DNA from: an uncultured Gammaproteobacteria bacterium
Lineage (GTDB): Bacteria; Patescibacteriota; Patescibacteriia; UBA9934; GWF2-40-263
Direction: 5' to 3'
DNA: 64,000 bases
Assembly (NCBI GenBank): GCA_964399675.1
Contig: CAYNRK010000003.1
Span: 9,033-73,032, forward strand
Position 1 is the stretch's first letter. Every line of letters starts with the position of its first letter. Shown piece by piece: positions 31,197 to 39,853 of the stretch. The notes beneath the pieces were generated by a model. It was not told the DNA's origin. It did no database searches and was given only the letters and a program-made list of their open reading frames with translations. A program made the position numbers and the translations under genes.

Positions 31197-32834
31197 ATGA
31201 CTGACACTTCGTCACAACAGACCCAACAAGTTAGCGAGGAGGTTCGTGAGTATTTGTGGTCTGATGAAGTGTATAAAAGATATGCAGAGACTGCTTTGAA
31301 TCATGGGTTAACAAATGGTTTGCGTGGTGTTGGGTCTATTATGTTGCAGCTTGTTGAAGGAAAGTTGCAAATAAATGATTTGCCTGGAAAGTTGGTTGAG
31401 GTTTTAAAGGTTGATGCAGAAGCTGCAAAGCGAATAAGTCTTGAGCTTGCGCAAACAGTTCTCGTTCAAATCGCTGATAGCATTTCAGGGCTTGATGAAG
31501 TTGTTTTGGTCTGGGGGGGAGAATTGCCAGAGACTAAAGAAAAGCCGGAAAAATTTGTAGATAATTATTTGAAAGGTTTAATTGGTCTTTCAGATAAACA
31601 CATGCATGATCGGTTTGCGTCGTTTTTGGTGAAGCTTATTCGCAAGGAGCGCTCACATGATGAAACAGTCCAGATGATGATGCGGCCAATTAAAGTTGCG
31701 GGATTGGGCCTTGGACAAGTTGAGGCGGAAAAGTTGTTGGATCAGTTTGGGGAGAAAGTTAAGGGGGTTGAGTTTGAGGGGGAAGAGGTCCGAGAGGTAA
31801 AAGAGGTCCGAGAGGGAGAAGATGTTTTGACAGAGCCTGTTGTTGAGGCGTTTGGTGTAGAAGATGCGCGGGAAATTGAGGAAATAAAAAAGTCAGGACC
31901 GGATCTTTCACCTCCAGATAATTTTGAATCAGTGGAAGAAGTTGTTGATACTATCTGTGATCATGAAGTTTTTGATCTTTCAGATAATGTATTAAATAGT
32001 CGGTGTAAAAAAATTATTGATTCCAGAGTACGAGGAGTTAGAGATGCATTTGAAACAAGGAAAAAGTTAGAGCGGCCTACTGATAAAGGCGGGCTTGGGC
32101 TTTCCGGGAGAAAATTAGCAGATATGATGGAGTTTTTAGAAAAGAGTTTGCAAGTGTATCAGAAGAGTCATACAAAACATGTTGAAACAAAGAGAGCTGA
32201 GCATGGTGCAACTCAACAAGAACAAAAACAGCAAAAAGAACAACTCAAGAAAAAAGAAGAGCAAGTTTTGTCAAAGCGATATGCGTCCTTAACCGGCAAG
32301 GCTCCGACAGAGTCAGTAAAGCCGGCAGCCCCACCTCTTGGACGAGCAAGTGTTTCAGTTTCAGCTCAACAACAAATTAATCAGCAAGAAGAAAAAATCA
32401 ACACACAGCGAGTTAGGGGTGCGATTGAAAGTGCAAAAGCTAAGCAGCCTGCAAAGCCTCAGCCAAAAAAGGTTAAGCCAAACATGTCTGATGTTAAATT
32501 TGAGCGAAGGCTTTCAAGTCCCATTGATGAACTTCGTACCATGGATCTAAAAGATTTTAGACGTTTAGCTTCAGATGCTGCGCAAGCAGCTACAAAGATT
32601 AAGGACAAAGTACGTTTAATGGAAGATCAGGGTTATGAAAAAAAGATTGAAGCAATCAAAGCTTGGCGTGAGTCACCTGTGAATCAATTATATGTTAAGT
32701 ATTCGCGTGAGGCACTTCTTAATGGCAAAGCACTTGCAGATGTTTTAAAAAGCCATCAAGACGTTGGCAAGGACGCACTTACTGACAAAGAACTTAAAGC
32801 AATAATGAAGATTAATACGGACTTGCGTTTCTAG
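31197..32834 (+). CDS. hypothetical hydrophilic K/E-rich protein in the T4SS-like locus
   Basis: 545-aa ORF with no TM segments and a coiled-coil-like middle. Tightly packed between the VirB6-like and VirB3-like genes. Confidence 0.5.
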   Translation: MTDTSSQQTQQVSEEVREYLWSDEVYKRYAETALNHGLTNGLRGVGSIMLQLVEGKLQINDLPGKLVEVLKVDAEAAKRISLELAQTVLVQIADSISGLDEVVLVWGGELPETKEKPEKFVDNYLKGLIGLSDKHMHDRFASFLVKLIRKERSHDETVQMMMRPIKVAGLGLGQVEAEKLLDQFGEKVKGVEFEGEEVREVKEVREGEDVLTEPVVEAFGVEDAREIEEIKKSGPDLSPPDNFESVEEVVDTICDHEVFDLSDNVLNSRCKKIIDSRVRGVRDAFETRKKLERPTDKGGLGLSGRKLADMMEFLEKSLQVYQKSHTKHVETKRAEHGATQQEQKQQKEQLKKKEEQVLSKRYASLTGKAPTESVKPAAPPLGRASVSVSAQQQINQQEEKINTQRVRGAIESAKAKQPAKPQPKKVKPNMSDVKFERRLSSPIDELRTMDLKDFRRLASDAAQAATKIKDKVRLMEDQGYEKKIEAIKAWRESPVNQLYVKYSREALLNGKALADVLKSHQDVGKDALTDKELKAIMKINTDLRF

Positions 32835-32838
32835 ATGT

Positions 32839-33273
32839 ATGCCAGAGCAGTTCACAATCCCACAATTTATTGAGTCAGAAGATAAAATTTTTGGGCCTGT
32901 AACAGCCAGGCAATTTATTATTGTCATGGTTGTTGGGCTTGTAGAGTTTATTTTGTTTAAGGCGATTTCTTTTGTCATATTCTTACTGATAGGTATTCCG
33001 TTTTTTGCTCTTGGAATGATTTTCGCATTTGCCAAAGTCAATGGTCAGCCTTTTCACTACTTTATGTTAAACTTAATTCAGACATTTAAAAAACCATCAC
33101 TGCGAGTTTGGGATAAGACCCTGACGGATTCTGAAATTAAATTTATTATAAAAAAGGTTGAGGAGATTCCACCTGAAGCGCCAAAACGAAAAACAAGATT
33201 AGGTAAATCAAGACTTCAAGAACTTACCCTTGTTGTGAATACAGGCGGTGTATATAAACCAGACGAGAACTAG
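32839..33273 (+). CDS. small two-TM membrane protein (VirB3/PrgI-like) immediately preceding VirB4
   Basis: 144 aa with a hydrophobic hairpin (FIIVMVVGLVEFILF / FVIFLLIGIPFFALGMIFAF). Positioned as in Gram-positive-type T4SS operons. Confidence 0.4.
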   Translation: MPEQFTIPQFIESEDKIFGPVTARQFIIVMVVGLVEFILFKAISFVIFLLIGIPFFALGMIFAFAKVNGQPFHYFMLNLIQTFKKPSLRVWDKTLTDSEIKFIIKKVEEIPPEAPKRKTRLGKSRLQELTLVVNTGGVYKPDEN

Positions 33274-33274
33274 T

Positions 33275-33955
33275 ATGCAATCCAAAAAACTTGCAAAACC
33301 AAAACCAGGACCATCAACGCAGCGCTTTCTTGACATTGCTGAGATTCGAGACGACTTGGTTGTACTAAAAGACGGAACAGTTCGCGGTTTGCTTTTGGTT
33401 TCCAGTATTAACTTCGCACTCAAGTCTGTTGATGAACAAGAGGCAGTTATTCAGGCTTACATGATGTTTCTTAATGGTCTGGAATATCCGATTCAGATTG
33501 TGATTCAATCGCGTCGCATGAACATTGATCCATATATGCAACGGCTTGCAGAACAGCAACGGGCAACTGGGAATGATTTACTTCGTGCGCAAATTTCAGA
33601 TTACAGAAATTTTGTTCAGGAACTTGTTGAACTTGGACAGATAATGCAAAAGCGATTTTATATGGTTGTGCCTTATGATCCTGTTTCTGACAAGAAAAAG
33701 AATTTCTGGACGAGATTTTCCTCGGTTCTTTCACCAGCAGCTTCTTCAAAACTAAACAAAAAACAATTTGAAGAGCGGGCTGAACAACTGTCTCGTCGAA
33801 TTAATGTTGTTATTGGTCAACTCAATGGCATGGGGCTTGCGTCTGTTCGTATGGACACGCAAAGTCTTATTGAGCTTTATTATAATGCTTATAATCCAGA
33901 TCTTTTTGAAAGTGAGAAGCTGGCAGATCTGTCACAAATTCGTCACGAAGAATAA
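33275..33955 (+). CDS. VirB4/TrbE-family N-terminal domain, separated from the ATPase part by a single in-frame TAA
   Basis: ...DIAEIRDDLVVLKDGTVRGLLLVSSINFALKSVDEQEAVIQAYMMFLNGLEYPIQIVIQSRRMNI... matches the CagE/TrbE/VirB4 N-terminal pattern. It is in the same reading frame as 33959..36043. Confidence 0.55.
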   Translation: MQSKKLAKPKPGPSTQRFLDIAEIRDDLVVLKDGTVRGLLLVSSINFALKSVDEQEAVIQAYMMFLNGLEYPIQIVIQSRRMNIDPYMQRLAEQQRATGNDLLRAQISDYRNFVQELVELGQIMQKRFYMVVPYDPVSDKKKNFWTRFSSVLSPAASSKLNKKQFEERAEQLSRRINVVIGQLNGMGLASVRMDTQSLIELYYNAYNPDLFESEKLADLSQIRHEE

Positions 33956-33958
33956 TCT

Positions 33959-36043
33959 ATGCCACTTGATATAGGACAAGTAAAAAAAGCCATGCCAGCA
34001 CCGGCTCCAAAGAAACCAGTTAAATTAAAGCCGGAAGAGGTAAAGGTTAAGCAAGAAAAGCTCGTTTTAGAAGAGGAGCGAATTTATCGTCGGGGTGTTG
34101 TAACTGTTAAAGATGTTATTGCTCCTGCGGCATTTCAAGTCAATCCAAGGCACCTTTTACTTTCAGGTGTTTATGTGCAAACGCTTTTCATTATTACTTA
34201 CCCGCGTCACATTGGTATTGGTTGGGCAACGCCGCTTATTAATTTGAATAAAACTTTTGATGTTGCAATGTTTTTTTATCCACTCAAAGCAAACATTGTA
34301 CTCAAACAGCTTCAGAAAAAAGTTGGTGTGTTTGAGGCAAAGGTTCTGGGTGATGCTGAAAAAGGTGCGCCGCGTGATCCAATTGCTGAGACTGCATTAC
34401 GTGACATTGAGGCGCTTCGCGATGCACTTACGCAAGGGATTGAACATTTTTTCCAATTTGCTTTTTACATTACAATTTACGCAAAGAGTCAGGACGAACT
34501 TGATAAATATGCACAAGAAGTTGAAGCGCTGTTTGGGAGCAAGTTGATTTATACAAAGACTGGTTTTTATCAAACCGAACAAGGATTTAATTCCACAATC
34601 CCGCTTGGTAATGATGAGATCATGATTACCTATAACATGAACACATCGCCAATAGCAGCATCCTTCCCGTTTGTGAGTTCTGATGTTTCTTCTGATGATG
34701 GAATTTTGTATGGGATTAATAGACACAACAACTCGCTTATCTTGTTTGATCGGTTTAGTTTGCAAAACGCTAACTCGGTTGTGTTTGCTACTTCTGGTGC
34801 TGGAAAGTCCTATGCTATTAAACTTGAGATTTTGCGAAGCTTGATGATGGGAACAGATGTGATTGTGATTGATCCTGAAATGGAATATAAAGATTTGTCT
34901 GACGCAACCGGAGGAACATATATTAATGTGTCACTTGCTTCGGATGCAAAAGTTAATCCGTTTGATTTGCCGCGCGCGGTTGGAGAGGGTACAAAAGTTG
35001 AAGATATAATTAGAAGCGCTGTTATTACTCTTAAGGGTCTTTTGCGTATTATGATCGGAAAGCCGCAAGGGGCTTCCGGCACTCTTGGTTTCACACCAGA
35101 GGAAGATTCCATGCTTGACCAAGCGCTTATTGAGACATTTGCGAAAAAAGACATCACACCTGATATTACGGATTTATCCAATGTAGAAGCTCCGATTTTT
35201 TCTGATTTTCAAGATGTGCTTGAAGGTATGGAAGGGGCTGATGATTTAGTAGCACGGTTGCGCAAATATACTGAAGGTACATTTTCCGGACTTCTTAATT
35301 CTCCAACAACTGTTGAGATGGATAATCAGCTTGTAGTCTTTTCTGTGCGAGATTTAGAAGATGAGCTTAGGCCTGTTGGAATTTATTCCATTGTTAATTA
35401 TATTTGGAATGTTGTGCGTTCTGTGCGAAAGAAGCGAATCATGGTTATTGATGAGGCTTGGTGGCTGATGCAACAGGAAGATTCTGCTAAGTTTATTTTT
35501 GCACTTGTAAAGCGTTGTAGAAAATACTTCATGGGAGTCACAACAATCACGCAAGATGTTAATGACTTTTTGCGCTCGCCTTATGGTCAGGCGATTGTAA
35601 CAAACTCCTCGCTCCAAATTTTGCTTAAGCAATCTACGTCCGCGATTGATCTCGTTCAAAAGACGTTTAATTTAACGGATGGAGAAAAGTATTTACTTTT
35701 GGAATCAGGTATTGGAGAAGGAATTTTCTTTGCCGGACAAAAGCACGCGGCAATTAAAATTATTGCTTCTTATACTGAAGATCAAATTGTTACAACAAAT
35801 CCGGCACAGCTTTTGGAGATTGAAGAGGCAAAGAAAGAGTTTGAGGCGCAGCTTGAAGAGAAGGGTGGAGGAGAGGTAGCCCCAGGCTTTAGCCTGGGCG
35901 AAGATGTCGAAGGGGAGGAAAAGATTACAGTTAATGAAGCTCAAAAAGAAGCGCAAGCACAAGACGCTGCTTCAGCACTTTTGTCACAAGAAGATGCCGG
36001 CAAAGCCGAAGCAGATAAAATTCGCGATTCACTTACCATATGA
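33959..36043 (+). CDS. VirB4/TraC-like conjugative-transfer ATPase, C-terminal ATPase portion
   Basis: Walker A VFATSGAGKSYAIK; Walker B RIMVIDEAWWLM (DEAW); 694 aa. Together with the preceding ORF, about 930 aa. Confidence 0.75.
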   Translation: MPLDIGQVKKAMPAPAPKKPVKLKPEEVKVKQEKLVLEEERIYRRGVVTVKDVIAPAAFQVNPRHLLLSGVYVQTLFIITYPRHIGIGWATPLINLNKTFDVAMFFYPLKANIVLKQLQKKVGVFEAKVLGDAEKGAPRDPIAETALRDIEALRDALTQGIEHFFQFAFYITIYAKSQDELDKYAQEVEALFGSKLIYTKTGFYQTEQGFNSTIPLGNDEIMITYNMNTSPIAASFPFVSSDVSSDDGILYGINRHNNSLILFDRFSLQNANSVVFATSGAGKSYAIKLEILRSLMMGTDVIVIDPEMEYKDLSDATGGTYINVSLASDAKVNPFDLPRAVGEGTKVEDIIRSAVITLKGLLRIMIGKPQGASGTLGFTPEEDSMLDQALIETFAKKDITPDITDLSNVEAPIFSDFQDVLEGMEGADDLVARLRKYTEGTFSGLLNSPTTVEMDNQLVVFSVRDLEDELRPVGIYSIVNYIWNVVRSVRKKRIMVIDEAWWLMQQEDSAKFIFALVKRCRKYFMGVTTITQDVNDFLRSPYGQAIVTNSSLQILLKQSTSAIDLVQKTFNLTDGEKYLLLESGIGEGIFFAGQKHAAIKIIASYTEDQIVTTNPAQLLEIEEAKKEFEAQLEEKGGGEVAPGFSLGEDVEGEEKITVNEAQKEAQAQDAASALLSQEDAGKAEADKIRDSLTI

Positions 36044-36633
36044 TTACACCTGAAAAACGACGAACTATTATAGTATTGATCATTGTTTTGCTCTTTTTAA
36101 TTTTCTTTTTTACTGGTTTTTTTCTTTTAACAAGATCAACAGACTCTCCTGCGTCGTTGCGAGGAGCCGAAGGCGACGAAGCAATCTCCGTAACTGAAGA
36201 ACAAATGCTTGAATCAGAAAAAAATAATCAAGAGACCCGATTAGAGCAAGAACAAGCAGAACGCAATGAAACAAGTAATGTTACTTCACTATCCAAAACT
36301 TTTGTTGAGCGTTATGGAAGTTATTCAACAGAAGCGAATTTCCAAAATCTTAGAGATGTTTTACCACTCATGACTTCTTCGTTTGCTGCAAGAACCGAGC
36401 AATTTATTTCAACTGCTAAAACACCTTCTGAATATTATGGAGTGAGCACTGATGTGATTACAGTTAATGTTGAGGTGATGGAAGAGGATGAATCCGCCAT
36501 AGTTCTTATAACAACACAAAGAGAAGAGGCAAAAGGATTGCCCGGTAATGTATCAATAAAATATCAGGATGTTCGTGTGGAATATTTATTTGAATCTGGT
36601 TCATGGAAAGTCAACTCAGCCGATTGGTTGTAG
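36040..36633 (+). CDS. bitopic membrane protein (N-terminal TM + ~150-aa external domain); possible VirB8-like component
   Basis: TM segment IIVLIIVLLFLIFFFTGFFLL followed by a soluble domain. 4-nt overlap with the VirB4 stop. Confidence 0.4.
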   Translation: MITPEKRRTIIVLIIVLLFLIFFFTGFFLLTRSTDSPASLRGAEGDEAISVTEEQMLESEKNNQETRLEQEQAERNETSNVTSLSKTFVERYGSYSTEANFQNLRDVLPLMTSSFAARTEQFISTAKTPSEYYGVSTDVITVNVEVMEEDESAIVLITTQREEAKGLPGNVSIKYQDVRVEYLFESGSWKVNSADWL

Positions 36634-37292
36634 AAAGCGTTTTCCCGCGTTTTTGCGTTGGGTGCCGGAGGGAAGGGTCGCTGTGGTGTGAGATTTGCGA
36701 TGAACTTCAGGTTCAATTTTTTTTATCTCCATCATGTCCGTTTTGTTCACGCAAAGGTTCTAATAGAACTTGTCAGGATTGTAAGTCCTACACATATCTC
36801 GATGGACTAACAGCAATGGGGCCGTACGCGAATACAAAAATTAAAGAAGCAATTAAATTGTGGAAGTATTATCAGGACAGATTTATTGAACCAATAATTT
36901 TTAAGTGGCTGCAACAGGAGCTGTCAAGAATGAATCTTCCAATCATGCCGTTTTATGCAACGCACGTTCCACTGCATTTTAAAAAAGAACGAGAGCGTGG
37001 CTTTGATCAGGCAAGGTGTGTTGCTGAGTGGACTGAAAAGCTGTTTGGGATTTTTGTTGAAGATTTGCTTGTAAGGCAGGTTCGTACAGTCTCACAAGCC
37101 AGACAGGAAACAAGAAAGATAGGGGAGTTGGATCACATTTTTGAAATCCATCCGGATGTAGTTGAGGTTCCAGAAAATATCTTGTTATGTGATGATGTGT
37201 TTACATCCGGTGCTACAATGGACGCAGCTGCCAGGCGTCTCAAGGAGTCTGGGGCTAAAATGGTTTGGGGGTTTGTGGTTGCAAGGAAATAA
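36603..37292 (+). CDS. comFC: competence protein ComFC (zinc-finger + phosphoribosyltransferase domain)
   Basis: N-terminal Cys clusters (CVGCRREGSLWCEICDELQ...CPFCSRKGSNRTCQDCKSY). PRTase motif LLCDDVFTSGATMDAA. Confidence 0.75.
   Translation: MESQLSRLVVESVFPRFCVGCRREGSLWCEICDELQVQFFLSPSCPFCSRKGSNRTCQDCKSYTYLDGLTAMGPYANTKIKEAIKLWKYYQDRFIEPIIFKWLQQELSRMNLPIMPFYATHVPLHFKKERERGFDQARCVAEWTEKLFGIFVEDLLVRQVRTVSQARQETRKIGELDHIFEIHPDVVEVPENILLCDDVFTSGATMDAAARRLKESGAKMVWGFVVARK
37263..37286 (+). repeat. left copy of a 25-bp direct repeat (gtttgggggtttgtggttgcaagg), forming the 3' end of comFC
   Basis: About 21/24 nt identical to 38163..38187. Encodes VWGFVVARK*. Confidence 0.7.
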
Positions 37293-37314
37293 GTTTAATT
37301 CTCCAAAAATAACT

Positions 37315-38154
37315 ATGTCTAAAAAAGGCAACTCAATTATACTTTTTCATGAAAAACAAGTTCGTCGTTATTGGGATGAGGAAGATGAACTTTGGTATTT
37401 TTCGATTGTGGATGTTCTTGAAGTTTTAACAGGAAATACAAGACCGAGAAAATATTGGAATGATTTAAAAAAGAAGCTGTTGCTTGAGGGCAGTCAGTTG
37501 TCCGAAAAAATCGGACAACTGAAAATGCAGTCATCTGATGGAAAATTTTATAAAACTGATGTTTTGGATACGGAAAATTTATTGAGACTTATTCAATCGG
37601 TGCCGTCTCCAAAAGCAGAGCCATTGAAACTTTGGCTTGCCCAAGTTGGTTACGAGCGAATTGAAGAAACCGAAGATCCTGAACTTGCTTTTGACCGAGC
37701 AATGCAAACCTATTTGCAAAAAGGCTATTCCAAAGACTGGATAAATCAAAGACTTAAAACAATCGAAGTTCGCAAAGAACTCACAGATGAGTGGAAAGAA
37801 CGAGGAGTTAAAGAAGGTTTAGAATTTGCTATTTTGACGGATGAAATTACCAAAGCTTGGTCTGGAAAGTCTGTAAAACAGTACAAAAAGTTTAAAGATC
37901 TTAAAAAGCAAAACTTGAGAGACAACATGACCAATCTTGAACTTATTTTGAACATGCTTGCCGAAGCGACAACGACCGAAATTTCAAAAGAAAAAGAGCC
38001 AAAGACTTTATTGGAAAGCAAGGGAATTGCAAGAGAGGGAGGAGAGACAGCAGGAAAAGCAAGAAAAGATATTGAAAAGAAAATAGGGAAAAATGTTATT
38101 TCTTCCAAAAGCGTAAAAGAGTTAAAAAATTCAAAACAAGATCTACTTCAGTAA
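37315..38154 (+). CDS. Bro-N domain protein (phage antirepressor / DinD-like)
   Basis: N-terminal ...ILFHEKQVRRYWDEEDELWYFSIVDVLEVLTG... matches the Bro-N pattern. The ATG at 37315 follows the comFC stop. Confidence 0.6.
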   Translation: MSKKGNSIILFHEKQVRRYWDEEDELWYFSIVDVLEVLTGNTRPRKYWNDLKKKLLLEGSQLSEKIGQLKMQSSDGKFYKTDVLDTENLLRLIQSVPSPKAEPLKLWLAQVGYERIEETEDPELAFDRAMQTYLQKGYSKDWINQRLKTIEVRKELTDEWKERGVKEGLEFAILTDEITKAWSGKSVKQYKKFKDLKKQNLRDNMTNLELILNMLAEATTTEISKEKEPKTLLESKGIAREGGETAGKARKDIEKKIGKNVISSKSVKELKNSKQDLLQ

Positions 38155-38162
38155 TTTTAGAA

Positions 38163-38187
38163 GTTTGGGGATTTGCAGTTGCAAAGG
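38163..38187 (+). repeat. right copy of the 25-bp direct repeat (gtttggggatttgcagttgcaaagg)
   Basis: Duplicates the 3' end of comFC just after the Bro-N gene; would encode VWGFAVAKGS*. Confidence 0.7.
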
Positions 38188-38234
38188 GTTCGTGATTCAG
38201 TTATTGTAATTTTATTAAGAGATTTTAATCACTT

Positions 38235-39155
38235 TTGATTCATAGTATTTATTTTCATATGCCTGAACCACGATCAATGTTACCTGCAATCGAACCAGAG
38301 CCACGATCGCAAACAGACCTGGAAATAGGGCGAGATTTAGCTTCTTATAAACTTCTTTTTCAAGAAGCAGGGTTAGATCCCGATACTATTGATACTCGGC
38401 TGTTGGAACGCTTTGCATTACTTGATGAGAAAACCCCGGTTCTTGATGATGAGCGTTTGATGATGCAATACGCAGATAAGGTTTTTGATTATTGCGACAG
38501 AGTTGACTCAGAAAATGCTATGGATGTGTATGGTCGTCGTGTTGTTAGGCTTGGAACCCTGCTTGCAGATATTGGAAAAACAGGGCCATTAGATGCAACA
38601 CCGGAACAGCAAACGCTTGTTACTGAAATGTATGCTATTGATGAACCGTTTGACGGAAATAAATCAGTTACAGAATATTTAGAAACTTTTTTTCCTAATG
38701 AATATCAAGCAAGGATGGAAACATTTAAAACCCTTAAACTAGATCCAGACATGACCATGCGCGATTTTTGGAACATGCATGCTAAATGGAGTTTTGATCT
38801 TGTTTCAATGGGTAAGGCGCCTGATGAGATTGCTTATACAGCAGCAATTCATCATTTGCTTGAAGGGGTTGATCCGGTTGGTATCGATAAAAATGGAGAA
38901 TTTATTGGTTTACAAAAACCACGGCCGATTGATCAAAGAGAAATTTTTGTGATCTTGCTTGATAAGTATGATGCACGCAGACGCAGAGGTGGGGTTGATC
39001 ACGCAACCGCAATCGCGTATCTATATGATCGTGTGACAAATAACAATGTACTCGACAGTCTTCCTCAGCGAGTACGAGCACAGTTTATGAGTTGTATCGA
39101 CGATCTGGCTGAAGCACTTAAGTCAACAGAAGGGCAAGTTGAAGTGCCTCAATAA
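38235..39155 (+). CDS. hypothetical protein
   Basis: 306-aa ORF with host-like composition; no recognisable motif. Confidence 0.45.
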   Translation: MIHSIYFHMPEPRSMLPAIEPEPRSQTDLEIGRDLASYKLLFQEAGLDPDTIDTRLLERFALLDEKTPVLDDERLMMQYADKVFDYCDRVDSENAMDVYGRRVVRLGTLLADIGKTGPLDATPEQQTLVTEMYAIDEPFDGNKSVTEYLETFFPNEYQARMETFKTLKLDPDMTMRDFWNMHAKWSFDLVSMGKAPDEIAYTAAIHHLLEGVDPVGIDKNGEFIGLQKPRPIDQREIFVILLDKYDARRRRGGVDHATAIAYLYDRVTNNNVLDSLPQRVRAQFMSCIDDLAEALKSTEGQVEVPQ

Positions 39156-39164
39156 ATCATAAAA

Positions 39165-39195
39165 ACACCAGACTAATAAGTCTGGTGTTTTTATG
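39165..39195 (+). terminator. rho-independent terminator (caccagac-taataa-gtctggtg-TTTTTAT)
   Basis: Perfect 8-bp stem plus a U-tract, 10 nt after the stop. Confidence 0.75.
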
Positions 39196-39258
39196 GCGGA
39201 GGGGGGCAAGGAAAGGGTCTTGATTTTTTAATCAATCCAGAGTATTCTATCCGCACCT

Positions 39259-39352
39259 GGAGAGGTACCCAAGCGGCTCAAGGGGACGGTTTGCTAAACC
39301 GTTAGATCGGATTATATCCGGTGCGAGGGTTCGAATCCCTCCCTCTCCGCCA
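39259..39352 (+). tRNA. tRNA-Ser (anticodon GCU), long variable arm, encoded CCA
   Basis: Acceptor ggagagg/cctctcc; anticodon stem-loop acggt-ttGCTaa-accgt; T-arm gttcgaatc; CCA end. Confidence 0.85.
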
Positions 39353-39450
39353 CCCTACGCTTCAACAGTATTATTTATTGTTGAAGCGTAGGGTGTCACC
39401 CGAAGCCTTGGCGAAGGGTGGCCTGAGTGCAGACTAAGTGTTGAAGCTTC
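39353..39450. other. two long hairpins (ccctacgcttcaac-N-gttgaagcgtaggg; cacccgaagc...gcttcgggtg) between tRNA-Ser and the GIY-YIG gene
   Basis: Inverted repeats of 14 and 10 bp read directly. The first abuts the tRNA 3' end. Confidence 0.5.
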
Positions 39451-39459
39451 GGGTGGCCT

Positions 39460-39711
39460 TTGGCCATTAAGTATATGTATTACGTATATCTTCTACGACT
39501 TGCAGATGGTAGTTATTACACAGGAAGCACTCCGGATCTCAAAAAACGTCTAGTAGAGCACGATGGTGGGAAAGCAATATCGACTTCGAATTTGAGGCCG
39601 ATAAAGCTCGTCTGGTATTGTGCGTTTCCAACCCGGATTCAGGCTAGAAGATTTGAGTCGTATCTTAAGACTGGATCTGGGCAGGCGTTTCGAAACAAAA
39701 GAATAGTTTAA
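39460..39711 (+). CDS. GIY-YIG nuclease superfamily small protein (UPF0213/YhbQ-like)
   Basis: YVYLLRLADGSYYTGSTPDLKKRLVEH is a textbook GIY-x10-YTG...R..EH motif. 83 aa. Confidence 0.75.
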   Translation: MAIKYMYYVYLLRLADGSYYTGSTPDLKKRLVEHDGGKAISTSNLRPIKLVWYCAFPTRIQARRFESYLKTGSGQAFRNKRIV

Positions 39712-39714
39712 TAC

Positions 39715-39803
39715 GGAGAGGTGGCCGAGTGGTCGATGGCGCTGGTCTTGAAAACCAGTAGGGTTAATAGCTCTCGTGGGTTCGAATCCCACCCTCTCCG
39801 CCA
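39715..39803 (+). tRNA. tRNA-Ser (anticodon UGA), long variable arm, encoded CCA
   Basis: Same acceptor stem ggagagg; anticodon stem-loop ctggt-ctTGAaa-accag; T-loop ttcgaatc; CCA. Confidence 0.85.
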
Positions 39804-39816
39804 GTATGAAAAATAA

Positions 39817-39840
39817 AAGAAACCTCTGGGTTTCTTTTTG
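39817..39840 (+). terminator. rho-independent terminator (agaaacc-tctg-ggtttct-TTTTG)
   Basis: Stem-loop plus U-tract directly after tRNA-Ser(UGA). Confidence 0.6.
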
Positions 39841-39853
39841 AATTACTCTTGTT

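Noticed and set aside
39550-39792. 80-aa minus-strand ORF overlapping the GIY-YIG gene and tRNA-Ser(UGA)
   Set aside because: It is antisense to a clear GIY-YIG motif and to a tRNA gene, and has no RBS.
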